Assembly (NCBI GenBank): GCA_036172245.1 | Contig: JAYWIR010000013.1 | Coordinates: 3,844,001 to 3,908,000, forward strand | DNA: 64,000 nucleotides | From: Raillietiella orientalis | Taxonomy: Eukaryota | Direction: 5' to 3' | In this document: positions 1 to 11,753 of the stretch, piece after piece | Layout of the letters: the number at the start of each line of letters is the position of its first letter | Position numbering within the stretch: position 1 is the first letter of the stretch | The notes under the pieces: model-generated | The model's database searches: none | The model's input: the letters and a program-made list of their open reading frames with translations, nothing else | What the model was told of the DNA's origin: nothing | Position numbers and translations under genes: made by a program

Positions 1-3000
1 TCTGCAGCCAGGGAGAAAGTATCAAGGGAGACACTCCCATGAGTTTCGACTTTAGGGATTCTAGTTGTCTGTGCAAGGAGATGCAGGGCTACGTTATCTG
101 CACGCCCGTTGCATTGCTGTAAATCTCCGTGCCTGCTGGACCAGGGTTCGAGCTCAGGGAACAGCGTCCATCTCAAGCTATCGCGCTACATATCATGTAG
201 AAGCAGCTTCCACAGCATCCTCCCTAGCGGTCCATCTAAGGGAAGGGACGGTTTCGCTTGATTTTTCCTGTAATCATCTCACTCTTTCGGCCTTCTGGAT
301 GTTCCAAGTGCTCTTCATCATTCCTGATTCCCATCTCTTGCCTCTCACTTTGGTTGTTACCGGAATCAACTACTGGTTGCCCGATCTACGCCCAGGAAAC
401 CACCAGTCCGAAGGGCTCCTCACATAATAACACAGGCGGTCGACACACATTGGTCACCTCCATTTCTGCTATTTTCTTCCTCTTGTCTGCTTCTTTCGAC
501 GCATCCCACGACCTTACCTTTGCGTGTGCATTGCATCTCATCCTTTCAGATTTTTCCTTTTTTTCCTCTTTTTCCCAAGGCTCCCTCGTCTTCTTCTGAT
601 GGAAAACTCAAATTGCATTTGTGCGGCAGTGGATGGCGTTGTCACTCGCTGCTGCTGCTGCTGCAAGCTATACAAAACCCAGCATCCCTTTCATGAGTCG
701 CTCGCCTTTACAGCTGCACAGGTGGATCCGTGTAAGGAGATGGAACCCTTCATTAAGCTCGTTTCGAAAGAGTGGCTAACAAGCGAAAATGAATATCCCT
801 CCTGGCGTCAACACGACACTGCGAGCCCTCTCGGTTTCTTGAGACTTGGGCTCGGCGTTCTGCACCAGTCTGCCGAGAGCACCATCTCGTCCTCCGTGAA
901 AAAGTTCTTCCAGGCTGCAAGAACAGAACGGGACCTTTGCTTTGGTGTCCTCGCTTGGATCCGTTTCTTGCGCCGAGCAGATTCCCCCCCCCCCCGACCA
1001 CTGCTTTGAAGCACACTGTACGAGCGTTTCCATGAGAATGGTGAGGTTTTATTCCCTCGTCATGACCTGCCGTTCAGATGACCAACTTGCAACATGCTTT
1101 TGCTCCCTTCTCGTGGCCAGTCGTTTCTGAAGTTCAGATGCCTGCCGTCCATTCTATGGAAGCGTCTTCGTTTGACGCTTGAGGCCAAAAAAAAAAAAAA
1201 AAATTCTCCCTAGGCGGCTCTTGAAGTACCTTTGAGCATTTGGATTATTTCCGGACCACCTACTGCCTATTCCATTTTCGCGGTAGAAATTGCCCTATCG
1301 CACTTATAAAACTCATCGTTGGTTGTTGTCGTCATGTAGGGTTCTTCGAATTCGGAGGATATTCGGAAATACCCGCACGTATGCGGAAGTGAATGGCCAC
1401 TCGGAGCGCAGTGGATTCGTGGTTGCACGTGGGAGGAGAACCAAACTGTCGTCAGCATCTGACGATGGAGCAGAGAAACTTCAGACACAATAGGGAAACA
1501 AGAAATAGCATGGAGAGGGCGGCGCGGCCATTTTAGTTCCAGAAGTGCTCCAATAATGGAAAGTGGGTCCATCAGGCTTGGTGGAGGTCCGATGACCAAG
1601 CAGTCAATCGGAAGTCACGAATGAAGAGGGAAGTGGCCACGAAGATTTTCGTTCCGTAAGAGCTGCCCGCGTGTTTTCATTCAAACAGGGGAGCGAGGAA
1701 CCGAATTTACTTTTGTTTTTTTTCCCTTCTTCCTCGTCGCCGTGGATACGGCTTCAACCTTGACTCATCAGCTTGCTTTATCGCCCGAGAGACGGCAAAA
1801 ATCTGATAAGGAGGAGGGAGGTGAGCTTGCAGGTCGAGACGCACCTCTCGGCTCCACTAGCAGAGCGTTTGCGAGACGCGAGCAGCCTCTGGATCTTCTC
1901 CCTCTCCTTCTCCAGATAATGTGACTGTGTGGCAGCGTTGAGTCCGGCTTTAATAAGCAGTACTCTGGACCGATGCCTCTTTGCTCAGAGGAGATGGGAA
2001 ATTTTATGATGAACGAGATAATGGCTCCTAATTGGCAGTCGTGCATCACAAGGATGGTGTGCTCGTTACGTCGTGATGAGAATCTTTATTTTGTATTCTG
2101 ACACAGGAATGCCACATTAGGGGAAGCGGGTCACGACCAGGCGTGTGGAGCTCGCCTTCATCCGCGTCAGGACCCAGGAGAGATTCCGGGAGCGAACGCT
2201 CAACAAATTCGTTCGCCGGGTGCCGGAGATGTTCGGACCCCTGGTGAGGTGCCGGTCCGAGGTGGTGGGCAGAAGCCTCCCTCGCTCGTTTCTCCTAATC
2301 CCCGCGCAATCTTGCGGTTCGTCTCCGTCGCCCGAGAGGGAGAGAGGCTCCGGAATCCTGGAGCATTCGGACGCAGCGCGATGCGGGGAGGATCGCGCCT
2401 GTTCGCAACGAAAGGGAGCTAGGAGGGATTGAAAGTTGAGATCAAGAAAGGCCTTCCTTTCCTTTTTTTTTTTTTTTTTTTTTTTTTTTTCTCTCCCCTT
2501 GCGGATTCATCCCGATCGATTGCCAAAGTCCGCTATGAGAGGGGAGCAATGAGGCGGCTCGGCAAAGTCGGTGGCTGCAGGTGCGGAGGGAGCACCCACC
2601 TTGATGCTTTGTTGGACTGGAACTAACGATGTCTGGATCTTGAGGGAGTCAGCTATCCGGTGGTCAGCAGTTCTTCTCGCACTCTCTTAATCCGAATTTT
2701 CGGCATCGTCGATTCGCCTCCCCAGCTTCTCAGCTACCTGCTCGGGTGACGAAGAGAAAGGGGGAAAGGGGGGCTGAGTTTGTTTATTATTCAGAAGTGC
2801 ACCGCCCATCTCCTTTAGCAGATACCTGTCTCCAGTTCTTGCAACATCTTTTAATTTTCATTACGATGGAACAGCCTGCAGGGAAAAGATGCGCGGGACA
2901 ATTTTGGGGCGCATTTTCCTGAAGAGAAAGAGGGGAAGGGAGAGACACTCTCCAAGTATCTTTTTCCCGGGAGTTTTCTGGGCCGTTTTTCCAAGTCATC

Positions 3001-6000
3001 ACTCGGGCGCGCGGGTGAAGAATTGCCGAGCACCATCTCGATGCGGCTCATCGAGGTGGAAGTGAAAGATCGGAAATACTGGCAAAAAAATCGAAGACCG
3101 GCAGCAGGTGAAACTCCTCCGCCACTTTTGGAACAGAGCGTTTCCATCTTGAAAGCACAAAATGGCAGGCCACTCGGACGGTTTCAGCTCCAAATGTGTC
3201 CTTCCTTTCCTCACTCCTTAACTTTGTCGTCTTGCGATGGTTGTTCCTTGCAGACGAAGGCGCTGTTGCGAAGAACGAGCGTGCGACCCCACGGTCCACT
3301 TACCGAAGCATGTTCCTCGTGAGCCTGGAAGCGTCCAAGTAAAGTCAATTTTGATCCGCTGCGCACACGTGTTTGCAGGAAGCTTGGCAACAGAAGTTCT
3401 TGGGACCTCTTTTCGTATACTCCCTGTCCGTCACTCTTCTTCCTGCTGGAGGATGAACCGAGGTGCGGAATCTTCTCAGAGTTCGGGATCCTCGTCTCAG
3501 TCTCTTGGATTTAACTGTAGGGTGTTGCGAAAGTTCCGAATTCGCCTAAAGAACACGCGCCATCGCGAATGCTGATCCAGCTTCATACGAATCGTCCGAG
3601 ATCAGGCACTACTCTCTCTTCCTCTCGACTTTTTTTTTTTCACTTCTCAGCTTCCTGCCTTGATGGTTGTGACCCTCCTCCTGTCGGAGTTTCAGTGCCT
3701 CTGTTTCTCAGAGATGTCTTGGCAGCAAGGCAGAATACCTCTTCGCTGGTAACCGGCAATCTTAAAATGGCTCGCAGAAATCGTGTTTGCATAACCAGAT
3801 GGGAAAGGAGAGCAGGTCCACTTTTTATTTGTCTTCCGACAGTCGCACAATTTTTCCTTCTCCGTTCCCAAGCATTCTCCCTTTTTGCCCCGACGTCTGC
3901 TTCTCTTGACTTGCAAGTCTATCTCTAGGACAGATTTGCATCCTTGCATTCCTTAAGATAGACATTATTCTTTGATTTCCAAAAAGACGAGCAGGATGAG
4001 GTTCCCTGCTCGCCGGGGACCTCCCCCTTAAAAAAAAGACTCCGATACCTACTCTGGCTTCTCCCAAATGCAGCATCATCGCTTCCTTTTCTCAGCGACT
4101 TCCTCGCTCTACCTTCTCCAGCAGCCTCACTCCTGCTTTTTCACTTGCAATGATTTCTTCTTCGGATGGATGTCGGGACATCATCACCACGAGCTGTCGC
4201 AGCCTAGACAGGTCTTGCTCCCTTGGCACCTGATGGGATCACACAGCAGCACGGCAGAGTTTGGACTGCAAGAGTCCTGATGGCCAGGGAGGTGTCATCG
4301 TCAGATTGGACTTTGAGAATGAGGATGGGGAGCAGTGCTTGGCCAAGAAGGAAATTAAGGGAGCTGTACAGTCTCCTCACCTTCTCACTTTAGTTTCTCC
4401 ATTATGTCTTGGTGAGGTGTGGAATCGAGTTCATCCCAGATGGACACTCGTAATCATTAAAAGATCCAGATGAAACCATGAGCTTCTGAGCTGCCTTTAG
4501 CGACATTCATGCGTCTCAGCGTTCTGCTGGTTTCAGCCATTCCTAAATCTTCCGACGTACGAAAGAGAAAGAAACGAGAAAGACAGAGGACGAACAGGAA
4601 CGAAGGCAGTGCTACAGATTCACAAACCCCCAACGGAAAGATCGATTGTGGGCTAAAAGGCAAAGAAGAATGGTACCTCTTATTTTCCGGAGTGACCATC
4701 TGGAGAAGGCTGCGTTCGAAACCTTGCCGGCCCAAGACAAAGTTTCAGTTCCTATTGATTCCCTCCGCTCTTTTAGGTTTACATGGTCTCAACGACGACC
4801 GTGCAGGTTTTCGGAATTGACACTTTCCAGATGCAGACATTTGGTGTTATTTCAAGGAAGCCTTGTCGAGCAGTCCTGAAATTTCGGAAGCACTGATTTT
4901 GCAAGCCTCCTTACGTGAGCATATCCATTTGCCTCTGCTTCAGGAAGAGGACAGGAGCGCGCACTGTTAATAATCTCCACGCAGTGAGAGATTCCGAGTT
5001 CATCTTCGGGAAGTGCTAGAAGGGGTGAAAAAGAACTCATGTTCATGGAAGGGAGTGGTTTTCTACTCGTCCATAAAGGGAAGCATCTCGTCCTACAGTT
5101 CATGGAAGTTCAGCATTCAAGATCTAGTCTGTGACATCTCCCTTTTGCATTCCCGCATACCGCAGGATGGGAGAGTCCACGAATGCCGTTAGCGCAGTCG
5201 CAGATTTCAGCTCGCCTGGCTCAGACTACAGCTCTGCTCATAGACCTGCTCATCCCCCGAATGGAGGAATTTCATCATCATCTTGGACTACCATAAGCAC
5301 TTGTTACAGTTTTGGTTAATGAGAAAAGGTCATTAAGCAATTAGTGGATGAAGAAAATTGAACCTAATTTTTGTATTCCCTGGATGGCAGGTACTAGGAA
5401 CTCCACGTTGCCATAAGCACACAAAATGACCCCAAATTTCTCACTGACTCGTTTCTTCAAAACTTAGCCTTTGGTCCAGCCATGCTGCAATCGGAGATGA
5501 GCAGCTTCAGACGAACATCCGCACATCTTCCATCAGTTTCTCTGATCGATAAAAGTATTTTCTGCTTACAAACGTTTCAGGAAGATCTTTGGAGCTTCCC
5601 ATCAAAGTAATTGAGATCGCAATGAAAAAAAAAAGAACAAGGATGTAAGAATAAATTTTTATTAATATCCTTCATTGATTTACCACTATGGAAACGTTAA
5701 AGCCTTATTCCAAGTAGGAGTGATTGTTCCCTCACTCTTAGGCAGACTTTGATTTTCAAGTAGAAAGATCAAAAGAAGCAGACTTTCAGAGTCTGATCCG
5801 ATCCACCTCGAAGAATCCCGAAGGTGAATTTCCCAATTTGAGGCAGTTTGCTTAAAGAGATGTTTCTGATTCGCAGTTTAAACGAATCGCATCTGCCACT
5901 TTTATTTGTCTATAGGAAATTGTGCTCCTCGCGTGTGTCTGCTAGAGAAACTTTCCCTATTCGATGATTCCTGAACTATGAAACTCTGAATGTACGCAAA

Positions 6001-8351
6001 AATCAAAATGCCTACAATTTCTGTACATTTAAGATCTTGAACGGTGCTGAATCATCAGTCTACACCGCCGTGGTCTGACATGTCCCCGGGAAAACGTAGA
6101 TAGGAACCACAGAGTCTTCATGGCAGTTCCTTCATCTCCTCTTTGGATCTGGTTGAAGAACCATGGATTTCGATTCAGGAAAAACTGACCTTTTGCTCAT
6201 TTTTTTGGATCATCAAACGATAGAGGACAGAAACCCAAAATTAGAAATCAACAGGACCGACTGTTCCTTCTACTAGCATTTCGTGGAGTTTCAACGGACT
6301 GAACTGAAGCCTTTATGAACCTTATGAAAATTGGCAGCCAAGAAAAAGTATTTGCTTGCATTTAAGAAAAAGAGCACTTGCCCACGGAAAGAATCCTTTC
6401 AGTTGAAGACTGGGTTCAAATCCACGGGCGGGATGATCTGCTTTTCATTTGCTGCCTTTTAACTCTAGGGGAATGGGAGGGCTTGCAGATGCCCCACTGG
6501 TTGCCCAGTTGCAAAAAGGAATTTCCTGAAATGAGAATGTTCCATGGAGGGTTCTCAGGAGAATTCCAGCTCAAGAAGACCACACTCTGCAGAATAGGGC
6601 ATATACGGTACAACAACCAGTTTCCCAATCCCAATAGGTGCTTTGTACAAATGGGAATACCAGGCAGACCAACATGCAAATTCAATCCTCAAATAAGAAG
6701 AAGACTGAAAGACATGCACGTAAAGTGACAGCGGTGAGGGCAGGGGAGACACATGAAGGGATGGATATGTGAATAGGGGTGAACGTAACTTTTTACATAA
6801 AGATAGGACCACCCGCCCGCAGAAGACCCCACGTGTACTCCCGGAGTGGGGGGGATATCATTGTGATATCCCCACTCTCATTGCATCTCGAGTATTGGTT
6901 TTCAGGGGAGATCTTGCATGTCACGCACACGTGGGTTGAGGAAGTGGATTCATGGGGAGCATCCCACGGAAATTTCGTGGTCGAGTTCTTCCCCCGGCCA
7001 TGTCCAAGAACAGTTCAACATTCAAGGATGGGAAATTTGTGGTGCTGCTTCTGTCTGCGTCTGGAAAACTTGAATCCTGGGGTGAGCTGGAAAGGGTCGA
7101 AAGTTCCGGAAATTCCCGCGCGGGAGCCCATCAAACCCAATCACTTGGAGCAGGTTCCCTTTTCTTCGTGGCAGCAAGAAAGAGTCAGCCTCCTTTAGAT
7201 CGATCCCCCACGATTCGAACCTGGGAAGAGTGGGGAAAGCACAATCACACGGGCGATCGCTGATCCCAAGCAGAATCGATCACTTTCCAATTACGAAAGT
7301 TCTTCCTCGTTCCCTGCTCTGCAGGAAAAATCACCGTCCGTCTGCATCTTCTTTGTGGCCCGCAGGCGTGGAACCGTTCCAAAGGTCTTCCGATGCTGCG
7401 GGGGAATGCGTCCGCGGGGAGCATTCCCGAGGGCACTGTGCTTCTGCATCTGTGGACCCGGGAAAAATTTCCACACCGAAATGCATGGAGCGCGTGAAGA
7501 TTCGAGCTGTCACCGCCACCACCCCAACGGCGAATTCCTGCCCTCCGGCCAAATGGGAAGAGCCCAAGTGGACCACACCTTTTGACACCCGGGATCAGCC
7601 ACCAAGTGCGTCTTGATTTCCCTATCACAAGGTAAGCCTCGTGGGGAATTATCTGCACTGTGCTGCAATCTGGAATAACCGTTTTAAAGTTACGAAGGGG
7701 GTGAGGTCCTTCCCCCCCCCCCCCCCCCCACTGGAAGTAGGAAAGGTGACATCGGCACGGTGTTGAGTGTACTGTTCAACTGGTTGCACACACGTGTTCG
7801 TGTAGTTTTTCCTTTGTTTGTTTGTCATCTGACTGTGCTTTTGCCGTTTTGCAGCTTCCATGGAAATGTATTTGGGTGAGGGGTGAGGTGAGGAGGCAAT
7901 CCATCTCCATGCAAAGCATTCCCCGTCGTTTCCTTTGTTAAAATTTCTTTGCCTCTGCCACCGTGGTTTACCTCTCGAGATGTCCGGTGGTTTGCACGAG
8001 CACCTTGCAAAGGGGGAAGCCCATAGGGAAGGAAAAAGGGGGAAAAGAAACGGTGATTCACATTCCTTGGACTTTTCAAGCTCCTGCAAAAATCGCGATG
8101 GAACAAAAGGGAACGGAAGTTTGTAAAAAAATTTTTTTTAACCGAGATGTGATTCGCAGGAAATTTCATTTCTCAGCTCATTGTGTTTTTTTTTTTTTAC
8201 CCTTTTTGATTCGATTTTTCGTTTCTCACAAGATTGCTTCCCACTGCAAAAAGTGGACTTTTGAGAAAAACGACCAGCCGTCGAATCTCTGTCAAAGTTC
8301 TCTGTGACTTTTAATGGCGCTTCATCATTCTTGAATTTCAAATTGAACTTC

Positions 8352-8398
8352 GTAAGTGCAGTGTATTTGTTAGTTTGGGGACTTGGTTGCATTTTAAG
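8352..8398 (+). other. Possible further 5'UTR intron (47 nt)
   Basis: GTAAGT...TTTTAAG, T-rich, size similar to the TRM7 introns; no coding frame to confirm it. Confidence 0.35.
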
Positions 8399-9150
8399 GC
8401 TTATCTTTTTACAATTTAGTATTCACTTGATGATTACAGTTTTGGCAGACTAATGCAAACCCTCCTTGAATAATTAAAAGTGAAATCTGCAGAGAAATAG
8501 GGAGCTCATTTTTCCTGAAGGATGAATTGTTTTAAGTGATTTCTTGAACATGCGAATCATGAAAAAATAGTTAATAAGCAATAAGAACTTAAACAATAGC
8601 AGTACTATTACATTATGTAACTTTTAGTTATACCCCCATAGCTTTAATCAATGTGCGCAAAAATTTGTAGTACATGCCACCAAAGTGATAATGAACTTAG
8701 TTTTAAAGCCATCAAAGTGAACTAACTGCCAAGAGAATATTATGGGTACAAAGACTCGGTTTGGTTACATTCAACTGCTTAATATTATTGCTCATTGGAA
8801 TGGATAATAAAGCACTAAGGCACTGGAAGGAGGTGCAAATATAGATGCAAGAAAGGAAGTTTTCAAGTACCCTGATAAATTTAAGAAAAAAGTCCGATCA
8901 AAACTGTGTTTGCAATGTTTTATGTTTTATGAATCAAAATGTTCAAGTTTCATAAAAACAGTGTTTCCTTAGAAATGATGGAATAATGTGATGAGCTTCT
9001 GAAAGTACCTGTGGTTGATTTCATTGAAAAAGTACCAAGGATATACTTTGAGATGGCTATCACAATTTCCAGCAAAAGCCTGGAATGTGATGATCATGTT
9101 TTCCATCTATTGATTTGAAACTTGTAATCTCAGAGTTACATTCCAAATAG

Positions 9151-9191
9151 GTAAAACCCTCAAAGCTTTTTGTTTGGTTTGTTTTTATTAG
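9151..9191 (+). other. Probable 5'UTR intron of TRM7 (41 nt)
   Basis: AG|GTAAAA...T-rich...TTATTAG, same size class as the coding introns, ends 12 nt before the ATG. Confidence 0.55.
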
Positions 9192-9203
9192 GGACTCCAG
9201 AAG

Positions 9204-10265
9204 ATGGGGAAATCTTCAAAAGATAAACGTGATATTTATTACCGGCTTGCCAAAGAGGAAGGTTGGAGAGCACGCAGTGCTTTCAAACTGTTACAAATTG
9301 ATGAAACTTTCCACATTTTCAAAGGTACTTGATGCTTTGGTTGGGTTGATTTTCTATGGTCACCAGGAGTAACATGTGCTGTTGATTTGTGTGCTGCACC
9401 AGGAAGTTGGAGTCAAGTATTGTCTCAGAAACTTGAGTAAGGACTGCAATGTTTCTGCATCCGTGTTATGTATTACAGGCATGCTAGTGATGATGTGTGC
9501 ATTGTGGCTGTTGATCTTCAGACAATGGCTCCTATTCCTGGTGTAATCCAGATCCAGGGTGACATCACAGAATCATCCACTGTTGCAGAAGTGCAGCAAA
9601 AGTTAAATGGTCGGCAAGTTGATTTGGTTGTGTGTGATGGAGCTCCTGATGTCACAGGAATGCATGACTTGGATGAATATATCCAAGGACAACTATTGCT
9701 TTCAGCACTCCACATTACAACCAAATTGCTCCGCTGTGGAGGTACTTTTGTTGCCAAAGTGTTCAGAGGACGAGATATTGGCCTGCTGTATTCACAGTTA
9801 TGTCTGTTCTTTGGCAAGGTGGAGATTGCCAAGCCACGGAGTTCACGTCATTCTAGTGTTGAATCCTTTGCTGTATGCAGGGAATTCACTCCTCCTCCTG
9901 GCTACACAGCAGACCATGCCCATGCTTTGCTTGAGTATTGCAGTGCAGTGGCTCGAGGAGGTACCTTTACTGGAGATACTCTGAAAGGCTTAATTCCATT
10001 TGTTGCTTGTGGAGATCTTAATGGGTGGGATGCTGACATGACATATCCCTTGCAACTGGATGACTGTCATGAGTATGTGCACTTGCCTCCGGTGCAGAGG
10101 CCTATTCATCCTCCATATGAGCATGCAGTGCGACTGAAAAGAACCAATCAGTTGGCACGGGTATGTGGACCATTTAACCATCCTCACCAGTTATTTGAGG
10201 AGACAGAAAGTGAAGACTTAACCAAATTACAAAATTTACGTTTGGATGACAATCAAAATCAATGA
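9204..10265 (+). CDS. TRM7: tRNA (cytidine32/guanosine34-2'-O)-methyltransferase, FtsJ/RrmJ family, Trm7/FTSJ1 orthologue; exons 9204-9324, 9367-9436, 9479-10265 (978 nt, 325 aa)
   Basis: Spliced translation starts [33 protein letters not shown], then [85 protein letters not shown] and [10 protein letters not shown], all typical of Trm7/FTSJ1. Removing two GT-AG introns removes two in-frame stops and restores one frame. The ORF track shows only exon 3. Confidence 0.97.
9325..9366 (+). other. Spliceosomal intron 1 of TRM7 (42 nt, phase 1)
   Basis: GTACTT...CACCAG; contains in-frame TGA; splicing joins [16 protein letters not shown]. Confidence 0.93.
9437..9478 (+). other. Spliceosomal intron 2 of TRM7 (42 nt, phase 2)
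   Basis: GTAAGG...TTACAG; in-frame TAA; splicing joins SQKL-E-HASDD. Confidence 0.92.
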
Positions 10266-10295
10266 AATAGCAGAAATTGCATTTGCAATAGTAAT

Positions 10296-10301
10296 AATAA
10301 A
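10296..10301 (+). promoter_or_regulatory. Polyadenylation signal of TRM7
   Basis: AATAAA 30 nt after the TGA stop. Confidence 0.5.
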
Positions 10302-10432
10302 TTATTGTTCCCAGTGATTTCAGTTGTCAGCATATTTTTCATCATGTACTATGCTGCTGAATGTAGCTCACAGTGGTATGGGAAAGCCCTGTTCATAAGA
10401 GTTCGTTTTAAAAGTGCACGCATCGATTCCGA

Positions 10433-11753
10433 TTAGGCTTTTAGTAGGCAAATTTTCACGGTATTTGATACGAATTGCAACAGGTGTGCCAGCTCATGCT
10501 TCAGGATGACAGAGATTATCCGCTTGCCCAAGAACTGCATTACTACCGACTTTTCAGGAAACGTGCAAGTCTGCTGAGAAGAGGTTTTGTAATCTCGGTG
10601 GCTGCATAATGTCCGCTGTGTGCGTTCATGTGGTTGGTGCGGCACAGCAGGTCCGAAATGAACACACAGGGCATCTGTGTAACCACGCGCTCAGCAAACC
10701 ACAGCAATGCCTTAGAAGTAGTGTAGTGGGGTGTTTCTTTCTTCTGCATGGTGTGCTCAAGTGTAAGGCAACCGTTAATCGATGCCGGCTGTTGTTAACA
10801 GACGTTCACTCAGTCAATTCAAAGATGTTAGGTGGATGTCAATTAATAGGCGACGTTGAATTTTTATCGGCGTTTTTATTTGTGAGGCATCAAGATAGAG
10901 AACGATAATTACATACGTCAGTACTTTCGGTATTCTGCTTCTGGTGCTGTAATTTTTCCGAATTCCTGGACACATACAGTGAAATTCCTTTCAGCTAAAA
11001 GCAAAATTCGCGTACACACGGATTCTACACTTTGACCCTAGCCAAAGGGCCGAGAAGCGATTTGTGCTTTTAAAAGGCATAAAGATAGGTCTGTGCTTGC
11101 CATCGAAAAGATCAGTGACATTTACGAGGAAACTGTGCACAAAACATCGCGTACACCGCGGTTTCCTGCTATGCAGAAACCAAAATTTTTAGCTTTTGTA
11201 GTTTACCACCGAATCCTCAGGGACCCTCAGGCATGCCAAAGTACCAACACGTTCCCTGGCGCCACTGTACCAAAAAAGATGAAGCGTACAGTGTCTTTTA
11301 ATCTCAGCATCTTCCGTCTCTGCATCAATGTAAATGATCGATCAGTTGGCACTTTCATCTACCTGCGAGGGGGCACATCGTGAGTGTACATGCGCACGAT
11401 GTACACTTCAGTGTATTAATAAGTACATTTCCCAAGGCTTCACGCATCTCTACGAATACTGTAATAAATGGGTAGGATCATTTTAAGATTCCCTGGTAAG
11501 GCTGCCAACCTCTGAAAGGTTTTTCCCTTACGGTTTTGTTTTCAATGACATCGCGAATTCGGCAGTACAAATAAATAGCCGTATGTAATGGTGCTGAGCA
11601 CCACCCGTCTCGTTTCCAGCCTCTACAAACATCCCGTGGTACAATCGGGGTATTTGTGTACAATTGGCTATTCAGAAAACGTGTCTTTGTATTTCGAATA
11701 ACGTACCGTTTTGGTCTCGGCCAATGCATCATTTCGATCGCAATTGCATCCAC
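10433..11753 (-). pseudogene. Possible decayed ankyrin-repeat gene
   Basis: Fragments DGWCSAPLHTAI, RLLTTAGID...EERNTPLHY and SGH..TEITKPLLSR resemble ankyrin consensus; many stops and frameshifts. Confidence 0.3.

Noticed and set aside
8985..9120. Box C/D snoRNAs upstream of TRM7 (two GTGATGA motifs)
   Set aside because: No well-placed CTGA D box, terminal stem or convincing rRNA guide
10433..10645. HELAH zinc-protease motif in a short minus-strand ORF
   Set aside because: Isolated five-residue match in a broken frame
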